Part shown: positions 49,048 through 59,014 of the stretch, in pieces
How positions within the stretch are numbered: position 1 is the stretch's first letter
Layout: each line of letters opens with the position of its first letter
DNA from: Desulfobacterales bacterium
Lineage (GTDB): Bacteria; Desulfobacterota; Desulfobacteria; Desulfobacterales; UBA5852
NCBI GenBank assembly: GCA_963674755.2
Contig: CAXXVS010000002.1
Location: 1,408,001-1,472,000 of the forward strand
Direction of reading: 5' to 3'
Length of the DNA stretch: 64,000 nt
The notes under the pieces: generated by a model
What the model was told of the DNA's origin: nothing
Databases searched by the model: none
The model's input: only the letters and a program-made list of their open reading frames with translations
Translations under genes and position numbers: made by a program

Positions 49048-50376
49048 ATGGCATCTGCCCGCCACATCGAAGAGGACCTGCTGCCCCGGGAGCCCATCGA
49101 CCGCTTCGTGGATCCCTTGATACGCTTTCTGCACATCGAAGCGGCCAGCGGCGTCGTTCTCCTGCTGGCCACGACGGTGGCGCTGGCATTCGCCAACCTG
49201 CCGACGGCCGACTGGTACCAGGGACTCTGGAAAATCCGCCTGTCCATCGGGCTGGGCAGCTTTCAGATGAATCACTCCCTGCAGCATTGGATCAACGACG
49301 GCCTGATGGCCATCTTTTTTTTCGTCATCGGCCTGGAAGTCAAACGGGAGCTGGTGATGGGCGAGCTCCAGGAGCTGCGGCAGGCGGTTCTGCCCATCGC
49401 CGCCGCCATGGGGGGCATGCTCATCCCGGCAGGCATCTTTTTGCTGCTGCAGGCGGGATCGCCCGGCGCCCGGGGATGGGGCATTCCCATGGCCACGGAC
49501 ATCGCCTTTGTGGTGGGCTGCCTGGCGGTGCTGGGTAAACGGATTCCGGGGAGTCTGCGCGTCCTGCTGCTTTCCCTGGCCATCGCCGACGATATCGGGG
49601 CCATCCTGGTGATCGCCATCGGGTACACGGCAAGCCTCAACCAGACCGCCCTCGCCCTGGGCGTGGCGGGGATCGTGCTGTTTCCCCTGCTGATGAAGGC
49701 CGGCGTCCGCAACCACGCCGTCTATTACATTCTGATGGTCCTGACCTGGGGCGCCTTTCACGAATCCGGCATCCACGCCACCATCGCCGGGGTGATCTTC
49801 GGCCTGCTGACGCCCACCCGTTCCTGGATCACGGAAAACCGCCTCGAAACGATCGTGGAGAAGACCCGCCACTTCCTCATGGGCGCCGGCTGGAGCACCT
49901 CGAACGAACGCTACGCCATGCTGCGCCAAATGGAACGAGCCACCCGCACGAGCATATCGCCCCTGGAACGCCATGAGACCGAATTGCATCCCTGGGTGGG
50001 GTTTTTAATCATGCCCATCTTCGCTCTGGCCAATGCGGGCGTCCCCATCCGGGCGGCCGACATTGTCGATCCGGTAGCCCTGGCCACCGCCGCAGGCCTG
50101 TTCCTGGGAAAGCCCGCCGGCATCCTCCTGTTCAGCTTTCTGGCCGTGAAACTTGGGCTGACCCGCCTGCCGGACGGTGTTAGCTGGGGCGCGGTCCTGG
50201 GGGGCGGTTTTCTGGCCGGCATCGGCTTTACCATGGCCCTATTTATCTCCGGCCTGGCCTTGTCCGGCCCCCTCCTGGACGCCGCCAAAGTCGGCGTCAT
50301 GGCCGGCTCGGCCCTCAGCGCCGCCGTGGGCATGGCCTTGCTGATCGTCTTTCTTCCCAAACCGGAACCGACCTGA
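49048..50376 (+). CDS. nhaA: Na+/H+ antiporter NhaA
   Basis: WINDGLM, GLEVKRE, GWGIPMATDIAF, LAIADD, GIGFTMA. Confidence 0.96.
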   Translation: MASARHIEEDLLPREPIDRFVDPLIRFLHIEAASGVVLLLATTVALAFANLPTADWYQGLWKIRLSIGLGSFQMNHSLQHWINDGLMAIFFFVIGLEVKRELVMGELQELRQAVLPIAAAMGGMLIPAGIFLLLQAGSPGARGWGIPMATDIAFVVGCLAVLGKRIPGSLRVLLLSLAIADDIGAILVIAIGYTASLNQTALALGVAGIVLFPLLMKAGVRNHAVYYILMVLTWGAFHESGIHATIAGVIFGLLTPTRSWITENRLETIVEKTRHFLMGAGWSTSNERYAMLRQMERATRTSISPLERHETELHPWVGFLIMPIFALANAGVPIRAADIVDPVALATAAGLFLGKPAGILLFSFLAVKLGLTRLPDGVSWGAVLGGGFLAGIGFTMALFISGLALSGPLLDAAKVGVMAGSALSAAVGMALLIVFLPKPEPT

Positions 50377-50410
50377 TCCCACTTGACCGGCAAAACAGCA
50401 TCGACCAAAG

Positions 50411-50444
50411 AAAACCCCCGTGCCGAACTCTGCGGCGCGGGGGT
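50411..50444. terminator. Intrinsic terminator-like hairpin between nhaA and the VWA-OmpA gene
   Basis: ACCCCCGTGCCG-loop-CGGCGCGGGGGT with an upstream A-run. Confidence 0.6.
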
Positions 50445-50466
50445 CGTTATCGATCAGTATTAACAA

Positions 50467-50600
50467 TAGAAGTTGACCTCAAAATGAGGATTTTCGTCCG
50501 AGATCAAGGCGAGGCCGGGGACATGAGCCGAGGGCCCAACGCCGAGACTTGTCCGCCTTTGGCGGATCGGGCGAAAAGACTTTTTTGAGATCGGCTTCTA
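50467..50600. repeat. TA-flanked palindromic MITE/ERIC-like element
   Basis: Termini TAGAAGTTGACCTCAAAA / TTTTGAGATCGGCTTCTA; internal AAGGC…AACGC and GGAT…AGAC loops; second copy at 33676. Confidence 0.8.
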
Positions 50601-52652
50601 ATCTTTTTGTTCGTACTCCAGGGTCACCGTCACGGTACGGTTGAGGGCCCGGTTTTCAGGCAGCCCATTGCCGTAAAGCGGATCGAAGGAGCCCACCCCC
50701 ATTTGGGTGATGGTGGTCTGGGGGGAATCCCCCAGCCCGGTCGCGATCTGTGCATAGACCGCCTTGGCCCGCCGTTCGGACAGTTTGAGGTTGTAGTCTT
50801 CCTTGCCGATATTGTCGGTATGCCCCACGATCGCCACCTTGGCGCTGGGGAACTGGCCGATGCGCGCCACGATCGTGGCCACCACCGCGGCGTTGCGCTC
50901 CTTGATATGGTCGCTGTCAAAATCGAACAGGATCAAGGCATACTTCTCCTGGACCCGATAGCCCTGGTGGCGGGCCCGCTGGGTCTCCCGCTGCAGGAAG
51001 GTGACGGGTATCGGATCGGCTTCCAGGGTCAGCATCTGCCCCTCCATATCTTCCACCACCAGACGGGCCGCCAGCTGCTTGTATTTAGAAAGCGCTTCGG
51101 GGGTCAGCGCGGCATCTTCCAGGACCAGTTCCTCGGCCGGCATGGCCGTCCCCGAGGCCTCGAAAATGGGCTGGTCGTCTCCCAGGACGGTGACCGTCCA
51201 GCGTTCGATGCCGTGTTCCGATGCGATTCGGGGCATAACCGTCAGGGTTTCCACATTGCTGTTGTATTCCGCATACGTGCTCTTGACCACATCCAGGATG
51301 GCGGCATCGTCGGAATAAATCTCCACCCGCCGGTTTTCGGCCTGTCCTTCCGGCGTGCGGCCCGAGGTGGGCACTTCCGGTAGGTTGCGGGCCTCCACGG
51401 CCATGCGGGCCGGGTCGATGCCCCAGATGTACTGCAAGTAGGCCTTGACGCCCTCGGCCCGGGCGCGTGAAAGGGCCTTATTGCCCTTTTCTTCGCCCAC
51501 GTTGGCGTTGCAGCCCACCAGGCGAATCGTGGCCTGGGGATGGTTGCGCAGGCGCTGCCCGATGATGTTCAGCAGGTTGACATACTTCTCCTTGGTGCCC
51601 CGCAGGGCTTCTTCCGCAAAGGCGGTTGTCTCCGACTGGCTGGTAAAACGGACATAGCGGTCCGGCACCGCGCTCTGCCCTTCGGCAAAATAGACGTAGT
51701 TCAAAAGCGGGGAACTGTCGATGGTGGTGATTTCCTCGATACGCAGGGCATCAGGCCCCATGGTGAAGCTGCCCGTGGGCGGAAACAGGAACTGGTAGTC
51801 CACCACGTAGCGGTAGAGCAGCTTGGAGGAAACCGCCTCGAAAATGGGCCCCAGGTCGGCGGCGCTGGTGGCCTTCCAGGTGCGGCCGCCATGGGCCTTG
51901 GTGAAGGACTGCAGGAAGGGGTCGACCTGCCCGCCCGGCATGTAGTCGACCGCGTAGGCCTCCAGTTTGGTGATGCCCTGGGCGGCCTTCTCGACGTCGG
52001 CGCTCTTGTAGGCACTGTTGATATCCTCACCGTCGGTGAAAACCACCATGAATTTTTGGCTGTCTTCCGGCAGGCGGCGCAGGATATCCAGGCCGGCCAG
52101 CATGCCCTCGTAGAGCACGGTTTTGGCCGTCAGCCCCCTGTCGAAGCTTTCTTTTAAAAAGGCGCGCAGCTGGTCGGGCTTGCTGGTCTGTTTGACGGTG
52201 ACGTGCAAAGATTTGCCGTCAAAGGTTTGGGTCTCATCGTCGTTGAACACCACCGCCGTGATGTTGTCGATGGGCCGCATAACCTTATAGACGTTCTCCA
52301 TGGCCCCCAGGATGGAATCCACGGCCCGACGCTGCTTCATGGAGGCGGAGTTGTCCACCACGAGCACGATATTCAGGCTCACGTCCTGGCTGGTTTCCAG
52401 GGTTTCCACCCCCAGAATCCGGGCCTCCTTGTCGTTACGCAGTAAACGGAAATCCCGGGCGGTCAGGCCGCGCACCGGATTGCCCTCGCTGTCCGAAGCG
52501 GAGATCAGCAGTTTTCCGGGGGCGATCACCTGGTAGGTCAGATCGGCCACCTGCTCCGGCATGGCAAGGGTGAAAGGTTCCTGGCAGAGCCCCGGTACGG
52601 CCATCACAAGGGCCGCCAACAGTCCGGCAACGATCCCTAAATAATTCCTCAT
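50598..52652 (-). CDS. Secreted VWA-domain protein with two OmpA-like peptidoglycan-binding domains
   Basis: Signal peptide; MIDAS DNSAS…TDG; N..LS..RA…ENRRVE and GHTD…NLKLSERRA…NRTV. Confidence 0.88.
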   Translation of the reverse strand: MRNYLGIVAGLLAALVMAVPGLCQEPFTLAMPEQVADLTYQVIAPGKLLISASDSEGNPVRGLTARDFRLLRNDKEARILGVETLETSQDVSLNIVLVVDNSASMKQRRAVDSILGAMENVYKVMRPIDNITAVVFNDDETQTFDGKSLHVTVKQTSKPDQLRAFLKESFDRGLTAKTVLYEGMLAGLDILRRLPEDSQKFMVVFTDGEDINSAYKSADVEKAAQGITKLEAYAVDYMPGGQVDPFLQSFTKAHGGRTWKATSAADLGPIFEAVSSKLLYRYVVDYQFLFPPTGSFTMGPDALRIEEITTIDSSPLLNYVYFAEGQSAVPDRYVRFTSQSETTAFAEEALRGTKEKYVNLLNIIGQRLRNHPQATIRLVGCNANVGEEKGNKALSRARAEGVKAYLQYIWGIDPARMAVEARNLPEVPTSGRTPEGQAENRRVEIYSDDAAILDVVKSTYAEYNSNVETLTVMPRIASEHGIERWTVTVLGDDQPIFEASGTAMPAEELVLEDAALTPEALSKYKQLAARLVVEDMEGQMLTLEADPIPVTFLQRETQRARHQGYRVQEKYALILFDFDSDHIKERNAAVVATIVARIGQFPSAKVAIVGHTDNIGKEDYNLKLSERRAKAVYAQIATGLGDSPQTTITQMGVGSFDPLYGNGLPENRALNRTVTVTLEYEQKD

Positions 52653-52853
52653 CCTTCCTCCTGTTCTTGCTCAGGTATGCTGAACAAATCGCAAGCGCCT
52701 GTCATCGATAAGGGTATGGTTTACTGGATTGGTTTCCATATTTCAACCTTGCGCGACGCCTCCAATGCCGCTATGGCTGAACCAGCCCCATCGTATCCTC
52801 TCCCGGAAACAGGAATATCCCTTTCGCCACCCAACACAAGGAGCATTAGACCC

Positions 52854-53414
52854 ATGAAGCCCATCGGACCCGTCAACGCCCTCTACCCCATGCCCACCAC
52901 GCTGGTGGGCGCGACCGTGAGCGGCAAACCCAATTTCTTGGCCGTGGCCCACGTGGGAATTCTAAACCACGGCACACCGCAATATCTATCCATTGGTCTT
53001 GCTAAAATGCATTTTAGCAATGCCGGTATCCATGAAAACCGAACCTTCAGTATCTGCCTCCCCTCGGAGGACCTTATGGTGGAAACCGATTTCTGCGGCA
53101 TCATGACCGGCAAGAAAACGGACAAGGCCGCCTTGTTCGATCTGTTCTACGGTGAGCTCAAAACCGCGCCCATGATCCGCCAGTGCCCTGTCAACATGGA
53201 GCTGAAACTCCACGACATCCTGGACTTTGCCACTCACGACATTTTTATCGGCGAGCTGATCCAAACCCACGCGGCCGACAGCGTGCTGACGGCGGGCAAA
53301 ATCGACATCGCCAAACTACGTCCCCTGCTCTTCGACATGGCCAGCAGACAGTACTGGCGGCTGGGACCGCCGGTGGGCAAGTGCTGGAATGAGGGCAAAA
53401 AGTTGAAGAAATGA
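52854..53414 (+). CDS. Flavin reductase/flavoredoxin-like protein
   Basis: LYPMPTTLV, FSICLP, CG..TG, APMIRQCP, HDIFIGE. Confidence 0.88.
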   Translation: MKPIGPVNALYPMPTTLVGATVSGKPNFLAVAHVGILNHGTPQYLSIGLAKMHFSNAGIHENRTFSICLPSEDLMVETDFCGIMTGKKTDKAALFDLFYGELKTAPMIRQCPVNMELKLHDILDFATHDIFIGELIQTHAADSVLTAGKIDIAKLRPLLFDMASRQYWRLGPPVGKCWNEGKKLKK

Positions 53415-53537
53415 TCTGCCGCCGCGGTACGTCTTCACACCGGCGGAATAGAACCGGCTTGCCCAAATGCCGGAATCGTTGCAGAATGGATTTGGAAGGA
53501 TCGAATGTCATCGGTAAGCGGCATCGGAGGACTGGGC

Positions 53538-54710
53538 GTGAAAACCAACAATCACATCTATGAACACCTGCGGCGGCACCTGGACCGCCAGGCCATAGGC
53601 TTTCCGGCGGCCCGTAATGGTGCCGCGCTGCGCGTGCTAAAACATATCTTCACGCCGGATGAGGCCCGGATCGCCGCCGGCCTGAGCGACCGCCACGAGC
53701 CACTGGACATCCTCTATGGGCGCCTGGGCCACCTTGTCGCATCGCCCGATGAACTGGCGCAGGTGCTCGAGCATATCTTGAAGAAAGGCGGCATCGAGGT
53801 CAAGGTGGAAAACGGCCGGCGCCTTTACGCCAACACCCCCCTCCTCGTGGGGATGTACGAACTGCAAATCGGGCGCCTCACACCGGAATTTCTTAGTGAC
53901 TTCCAAGAATACACTTCCAGCCCGCACTTCGGGCTGGAATTTCTGGGCACCGCCCTGCCCCAAATGCGCACGATCCCGGTGGAACGCAGCCTTAACCCCC
54001 ACCACGGGGTTTCCTCCTTCGATGAAGTGGCCGCCTTGCTCGCGAAGGCCCCCGGACCCTTCGTCGTCCTGGAATGCATTTGCCGCCTGAAGAAGCGCTT
54101 GGAGGGGCAGGCCTGCCGGGTTACGGACCGCCGGGAAACCTGTTTGGGATTCGGCAGCATTGCCCAGACGGTCCTTGAGGGCGGCAATGGACGGGCCATC
54201 GACCGCCACGAAGCCCTGACGACCCTTCGGGCCAATCAAAAGGACGGCCTGGTGCTGCAATCTTCCAACACCGAGGTGAGCGCCTTCATCTGCTCGTGCT
54301 GCGGATGCTGCTGCGGCATGCTGCAGCTGCACCGCAGCCTGCCACGGCCGGTCGATTTCTGGTCTTCCAATTTCCTCGCCGCGGTGGATCCGTCCCTCTG
54401 CAACGGCTGCGGCATCTGCCAACGCCGCTGCCAGGTCGGCGCCGTAAGCGTAACCCCGGCCAAAGCTCCGGCCCGGGTGGACGCTACCCGCTGTCTGGGG
54501 TGCGGTCAATGCGTCGAAGCCTGCCCACAGCACGCCATACTACTTCACAAGAAAACCCGCGAAACCGTGCCACCCTCCACCCGCGAAGATCTTCATGCGC
54601 TATTGAAGGCCAACCGACGAGGCCCCTTGGGCAAGGCCGCGCTGGCCGGCAAGCTGGCCCTCGACATGCTGCGCACCGGCAACATCAGCATCCTTCGAAA
54701 AGAATCATAG
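53538..54710 (+). CDS. Multi-cluster Fe-S protein (N-terminal HTH-like region, CxCCxCCC motif, 2x[4Fe-4S] ferredoxin)
   Basis: CICR, ICSCCGCCCG, CNGCGICQRRC, CLGCGQCVEACP; GTG start after GGAGG. Confidence 0.85.
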   Translation: MKTNNHIYEHLRRHLDRQAIGFPAARNGAALRVLKHIFTPDEARIAAGLSDRHEPLDILYGRLGHLVASPDELAQVLEHILKKGGIEVKVENGRRLYANTPLLVGMYELQIGRLTPEFLSDFQEYTSSPHFGLEFLGTALPQMRTIPVERSLNPHHGVSSFDEVAALLAKAPGPFVVLECICRLKKRLEGQACRVTDRRETCLGFGSIAQTVLEGGNGRAIDRHEALTTLRANQKDGLVLQSSNTEVSAFICSCCGCCCGMLQLHRSLPRPVDFWSSNFLAAVDPSLCNGCGICQRRCQVGAVSVTPAKAPARVDATRCLGCGQCVEACPQHAILLHKKTRETVPPSTREDLHALLKANRRGPLGKAALAGKLALDMLRTGNISILRKES

Positions 54711-54794
54711 GCTTATCAGATGATCTATAGATGCGGTCGTTGCGAGGTCCGTGCTGCATCAGGGCTTCGTCGATGGATTCGATCGCGGCCATCG

Positions 54795-55958
54795 TCAAAA
54801 CGAGGCTGACGGCTTGAGCTTCCGCAGGCGCCGCCCCGTCTCCGCGAGAATGGCTTCCGTGCGGGCAAAATGCAGGCGGATCAAGTGGTGGACCGGCTCG
54901 TGAAAAAAACTCGACCCCGGCACGGCGGCCACCCCGATCTCCCTAGCCATCCAACGGCAGAATTCCTGATCGTCCCGCACCCCGAAGGCACGGCAGTCCA
55001 CCATCACGTAATAAGCGCCCTGAGGTGTCGTGTAGGTCAGGCCGGCCTCGTCCAGGTAGCCCAGAAACAAATCCCGCTTGCGGGTGTAGTCCTCGCGCAG
55101 CCGGTCATAGTAGGACAGGGGCAGTTCCAGGGCCTGCACGGCCGCCTCCTGCAATGGGGCCGCAGCGCCCACCGTGAGGAAGTCGTGCACCTTGCGCACC
55201 CCCGCCATGATCGCCTCGGGTCCAATCACATAGCCCAACCGCCACCCGGTCATATTGTAGGTTTTGGAAAGGGAGCTGCACGAAATGGTGCGCGCGAACA
55301 TGCCCGGCAGGGATGCCATGTAGCAATGGCGATGGGGCGGGTAGACGATGTGCTCGTAGACCTCGTCGGTGATCACGAACGTATCGTGGGCCTGGGCCAG
55401 ATCCGCGATGAATTCGAGCTCCGCCCGGCTGAAGACTTTACCGGAAGGGTTGGACGGGTTGCAGAGGACCAATGCTTTGGGGTCCTGCCGGAAGGCCTCC
55501 CGCAGCGTTTCCTCGTCGAAGGAATAGTCCGGTGGATGCAGCGGCACGAAGATCGGCCGCGCTCCGCTCAGAATAGCGTCCGCGCCGTAGTTCTCGTAAA
55601 AGGGCGAGAAGACGATCACCTTGTCGCCCGGGTTGCAGGCCGTCATCATGGCACTCATCATGGCCTCGGTGCTGCCGCAGGTGACCACCACGTGGGCATC
55701 GGGATCGAGATCGAGTCCCATCCAGTGGCGCTGCTTGGCCGCCAGGGCGGCCCGGAAACGCGGCGCGCCCCAGGTGACGGCATACTGATGAGGGCCTTCA
55801 GCCATGACCGTTGCCCCGGCCGCCAGCACCTCCGGCGGCGGATCGGCGTCCGGAAAACCCTGGGAAAGATTGATGGCGCCGTACCGATTGGCCACCCGGG
55901 TCATTTCCCGGATGACGGATTCGGTGAAATGGGCGAGCCGGTCGGCGGTCTGGGGCAT
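54795..55958 (-). CDS. Class I/II PLP aminotransferase
   Basis: NLSQGFPD, NPSNPSG, DEVYEH, SLSKTYNMTGWRLG. Confidence 0.93.
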   Translation of the reverse strand: MPQTADRLAHFTESVIREMTRVANRYGAINLSQGFPDADPPPEVLAAGATVMAEGPHQYAVTWGAPRFRAALAAKQRHWMGLDLDPDAHVVVTCGSTEAMMSAMMTACNPGDKVIVFSPFYENYGADAILSGARPIFVPLHPPDYSFDEETLREAFRQDPKALVLCNPSNPSGKVFSRAELEFIADLAQAHDTFVITDEVYEHIVYPPHRHCYMASLPGMFARTISCSSLSKTYNMTGWRLGYVIGPEAIMAGVRKVHDFLTVGAAAPLQEAAVQALELPLSYYDRLREDYTRKRDLFLGYLDEAGLTYTTPQGAYYVMVDCRAFGVRDDQEFCRWMAREIGVAAVPGSSFFHEPVHHLIRLHFARTEAILAETGRRLRKLKPSASF

Positions 55959-55992
55959 GGATTCCTCCGCACATGAAAAATAAACAGCATTT

Positions 55993-56196
55993 ACCATGAA
56001 GAACATGAAGAGGAAATCATAACCTCTAAAGAGGTGAAAGCCCCCAAAAGCTCAAATATCGCCACCCATTAAGAACCCCGCTGTTATTTGTGGAAGGATT
56101 CGAGGTTTAGCTGGAGAAAAGCATTACGGCGGCGATAACCGTGATCGAAACCAAAATGGTTTTTCTCTTCTTCGTGTCCTTCATGATCTTCATGGT
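55993..56196. repeat. Element with 9-mer tandem inverted arms enclosing about 160 bp
   Basis: ACCATGAAGAACATGAAG … CTTCGTGTC CTTCATGAT CTTCATGGT (outer 18 nt 17/18 complementary). Confidence 0.78.
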
Positions 56197-56218
56197 TCAA
56201 TTTTTTTGTCGATCTTTT

Positions 56219-57847
56219 TCAGAAATGGCGATGGACAATCCGGCCGTCGAAAACCGTCATATCCACCGTGACGTCGGGCAGCCAGGGCGTGGGATCGCCC
56301 AGGATATTGGCGCTCAAGACCGCCAGGTCGGCCCGTTTGCCCGGAGCCACCGTCCCCACATCAGGGATACCGTGAACCGCGGCCGGGGTGGTGGTGTAGG
56401 CGGCCAGGGCTTCCTGCATCGTCACCCGGGAGGCCGGATGCCAGCCCGCCTCGGGTGTACCGTCCGTGCGGCGGCGGGTGACGGCGGCGTGCATGCCCAG
56501 CAGCGGGGCCGGATCGCATACCGGGCAGTCGGAGCTGAACATGACCGGCGCCCCGCAGTCCATCAGCCGGCGAAAATCGTAAGCCCAGCGACCCTTTTCC
56601 CCCACGGCGGCGTCAATCAGGTTCATGTCCAGGAGCAGGTTGGCCGGTGTCAGGCACAGGGCCAGCGGCAGCCGCCCCAGCCGCTCGGCGTCCTCGGGGC
56701 GGATCATTTGCACGTGCTCGATGCGGTGGGGGACCGCAGGCCGCAAGGCCCCGCTACGCCGGCGGTTCTCCTCCACCCCCTCGAAAAGGGCGATCAATTC
56801 CCGGTTGGCCCGGTCGCCCACGGCATGGATCATCACCGCCAGTCCGGCACGGTCCGCCCGCAAAACGGATTGGGCCAGCTCCGCCATATCCACCAGGGGC
56901 ATGCCGCACCCGGCATCCCGGAAAGGATCCACCATCCAGGCGGTGCGGGCCCCCATGCCGCCGTCGGAGAAATATTTAACGTGGCCGATCCGCAGGCGGT
57001 CGTTGCCGAATCCGGTGCGCAGGCCCAGGTCGATGATCTCGTCCAGGCGGTGCCCCGGCAGGGTCACCCAGGCACGCAGGTCAAGCCGGTCTTCCCGATC
57101 CAGGATCTGGAAGGCCTGCAAGGCCCGGGCGCCGTCCTCGTCGGCCATCAGGCGCACGTCGTGGATCCCGGTTACCCCCCGGCGGTGGAGCGCCCGGGCG
57201 GCTTCGGCATAGGCGGTCCGCACATCGGCGTCCGTGGGCGGTGCCATGGCCTTGCGCACCAGGTTCACGGCCAGTTCCCGCAGGATGCCGGTGGGGCGGC
57301 CGGTGGCGTCCCGTTCGATACGCCCCTCGGGGGGATCCGGGGTGGCTTCACCGATACCGGCCAACGACAGAGCCGCCGAGTTGGCCACGGCCAGATGCAA
57401 GTCGCAGCGCCACAGCAGCACAGGGTGGTCGGGGGCAACCCGGTCCAAAGCATCGCGGTCGGGCTGGCGGGGCACGGTCCAATCCGTCTCGTTCCAGCCC
57501 TGCCCCATGATCCACTGCCCGGGCGGGCGCTGGGCAGCGGCCTGCTGCACCAGTTTCAGCAGATCTTCCAGGCCGGTCAGCCTGTCGAGGGGCAAATCCT
57601 GACGCTTGAGGGACCACTCGTAAAAATGGATATGGGTGTCGATGAAGCCCGGCACCACCAGGCGGCCGCCGAGATCGATCTTCTCCGTGTCCCGGTCGGC
57701 CAGATTCAGGATGGCTTCATTGCCGCCCACCGCCAATATGCGGCCCCGGCCGACAGCCAGGGCCTGGTCGGAAGCCTTCCGCAAAGCGGGGCCGGCGACA
57801 ATGCCGTTGAACAGGATAATTTCAGGTGCGCTGTAGTCAGCCGTCAC
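56219..57847 (-). CDS. Amidohydrolase 3 (YtcJ-like)
   Basis: PGFIDTHIH, KYFSDGGMG, IHAVGD, HRIEH, SSDCP. Confidence 0.92.
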   Translation of the reverse strand: MTADYSAPEIILFNGIVAGPALRKASDQALAVGRGRILAVGGNEAILNLADRDTEKIDLGGRLVVPGFIDTHIHFYEWSLKRQDLPLDRLTGLEDLLKLVQQAAAQRPPGQWIMGQGWNETDWTVPRQPDRDALDRVAPDHPVLLWRCDLHLAVANSAALSLAGIGEATPDPPEGRIERDATGRPTGILRELAVNLVRKAMAPPTDADVRTAYAEAARALHRRGVTGIHDVRLMADEDGARALQAFQILDREDRLDLRAWVTLPGHRLDEIIDLGLRTGFGNDRLRIGHVKYFSDGGMGARTAWMVDPFRDAGCGMPLVDMAELAQSVLRADRAGLAVMIHAVGDRANRELIALFEGVEENRRRSGALRPAVPHRIEHVQMIRPEDAERLGRLPLALCLTPANLLLDMNLIDAAVGEKGRWAYDFRRLMDCGAPVMFSSDCPVCDPAPLLGMHAAVTRRRTDGTPEAGWHPASRVTMQEALAAYTTTPAAVHGIPDVGTVAPGKRADLAVLSANILGDPTPWLPDVTVDMTVFDGRIVHRHF

Positions 57848-58881
57848 ATCAGGAATCCTTTGGGAAAGGGGTCGCGGGCATCCAGGACGAACTGGTGGTA
57901 CCCGGTTGTCTGGGCGGTGCCCCGGATCTGCCCCACGATGCCCTTGAAAGGGCCGATGGGCAGGCTTCGGACGATCCGGCCTTCGAACACCGTTCCGAGC
58001 GGTCCGGCATTACGGTAGGCCTCACCGGGCTTGAGTTTTCCTTTGTGGTGGAGCAGGGTCATCTTGGCGGTCGTGCCGGTCCCGCAGGGGGAACGGTCCA
58101 TATGGGATTCGCCGTAGATCACGATTCCCCGGCCGGTGCCGGTTTGGGGGTCCTCGTCATAAAACTCGGTCACGTCCACGGTGTTCACCTCGGGCCGTTC
58201 CGGGTGGTGGACCTTGAAGGCCTGGTTGGCGGCATCGATCACTGCCATGCCCAAGGAAACGAAGCGCGGCTTATTGTCCGGGTGCAGGTCCAAACCAATG
58301 GCCCGGGCCGATACCATGGCGAAAAAGCCGCCCACGCAGACCAGATCGACGGGAATTTTGCCATATCCCTCCACCGTCAGCTCTCGGCCGGTATCGAAGA
58401 CAAAGGAGGGCACCATGTCAATCGCCACGGAGGCGACCCGCCCGTCACGGACACGGGTATGGGCGTCCATGGGGCCGGAGGGGGTGTCCACCGTGATCAC
58501 CTGGTCGCCCTCCGCCACGTTCAACGCGCCGGCTTCCACCAGAGAGGCCACAGCCCCGATGGTGGCGTGGCCGCACAGAAAGGGATAGCGCCGGGCATCC
58601 ATGTAAAAAAGACCGAACTGCCCCCGGGAGCTGACCGGTTCGGTTACCACGGCGGCCATGATGCCCCGGTGGCCCCGGGGCTCACGGGTCAGCAGCATGC
58701 GGACATGGTCGAAACGCGCTTCGAAATCGTCGCGCTTGGCCTTGATGGTGTCGCCCGTCAGCAGCCCCGCACCGCCGATGAGCAGGCGGGTGGGTTCGCC
58801 CTGGGTATGGGAATCGATGGTTACGATACGATCCGGATAGCGGCCTTCAAAACCGCCTCGGATCCGATCCAGATTGAGCAT
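57844..58881 (-). CDS. Proline racemase / hydroxyproline epimerase family protein
   Basis: DSHTQGEPTR, EPRGH; both catalytic Cys motifs LCGH and DRSPCGTGT. Confidence 0.92.
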   Translation of the reverse strand: MLNLDRIRGGFEGRYPDRIVTIDSHTQGEPTRLLIGGAGLLTGDTIKAKRDDFEARFDHVRMLLTREPRGHRGIMAAVVTEPVSSRGQFGLFYMDARRYPFLCGHATIGAVASLVEAGALNVAEGDQVITVDTPSGPMDAHTRVRDGRVASVAIDMVPSFVFDTGRELTVEGYGKIPVDLVCVGGFFAMVSARAIGLDLHPDNKPRFVSLGMAVIDAANQAFKVHHPERPEVNTVDVTEFYDEDPQTGTGRGIVIYGESHMDRSPCGTGTTAKMTLLHHKGKLKPGEAYRNAGPLGTVFEGRIVRSLPIGPFKGIVGQIRGTAQTTGYHQFVLDARDPFPKGFLM

Positions 58882-58937
58882 GCTGCAAGGCCTCCTGTAA
58901 ATTTTTTAAAATGGCGGCCGCAATGCCTTGGGGCCAA

Positions 58938-58975
58938 AACAAAACCTGAAAACGACGGGGTCGGTTTTCAGGTTT
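58938..58975 (-). terminator. Intra-operon hairpin/terminator between ABC ATPase and racemase
   Basis: AAACCTGAAAAC…GTTTTCAGGTTT 12-bp stem; U-rich tail on the minus strand. Confidence 0.5.
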
Positions 58976-59014
58976 CCTTTTACACCATAGGGCGCCAACG
59001 CGATGGGCGCAAGC

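Noticed and set aside
32038..58018. Long antisense or alternative-frame ORFs (e.g. 32038..33618, 37225..38898, 39289..40683, 56141..58018)
   Set aside because: They are shadows of well-supported genes, caused by high GC3 codon bias, and carry no recognisable motifs.
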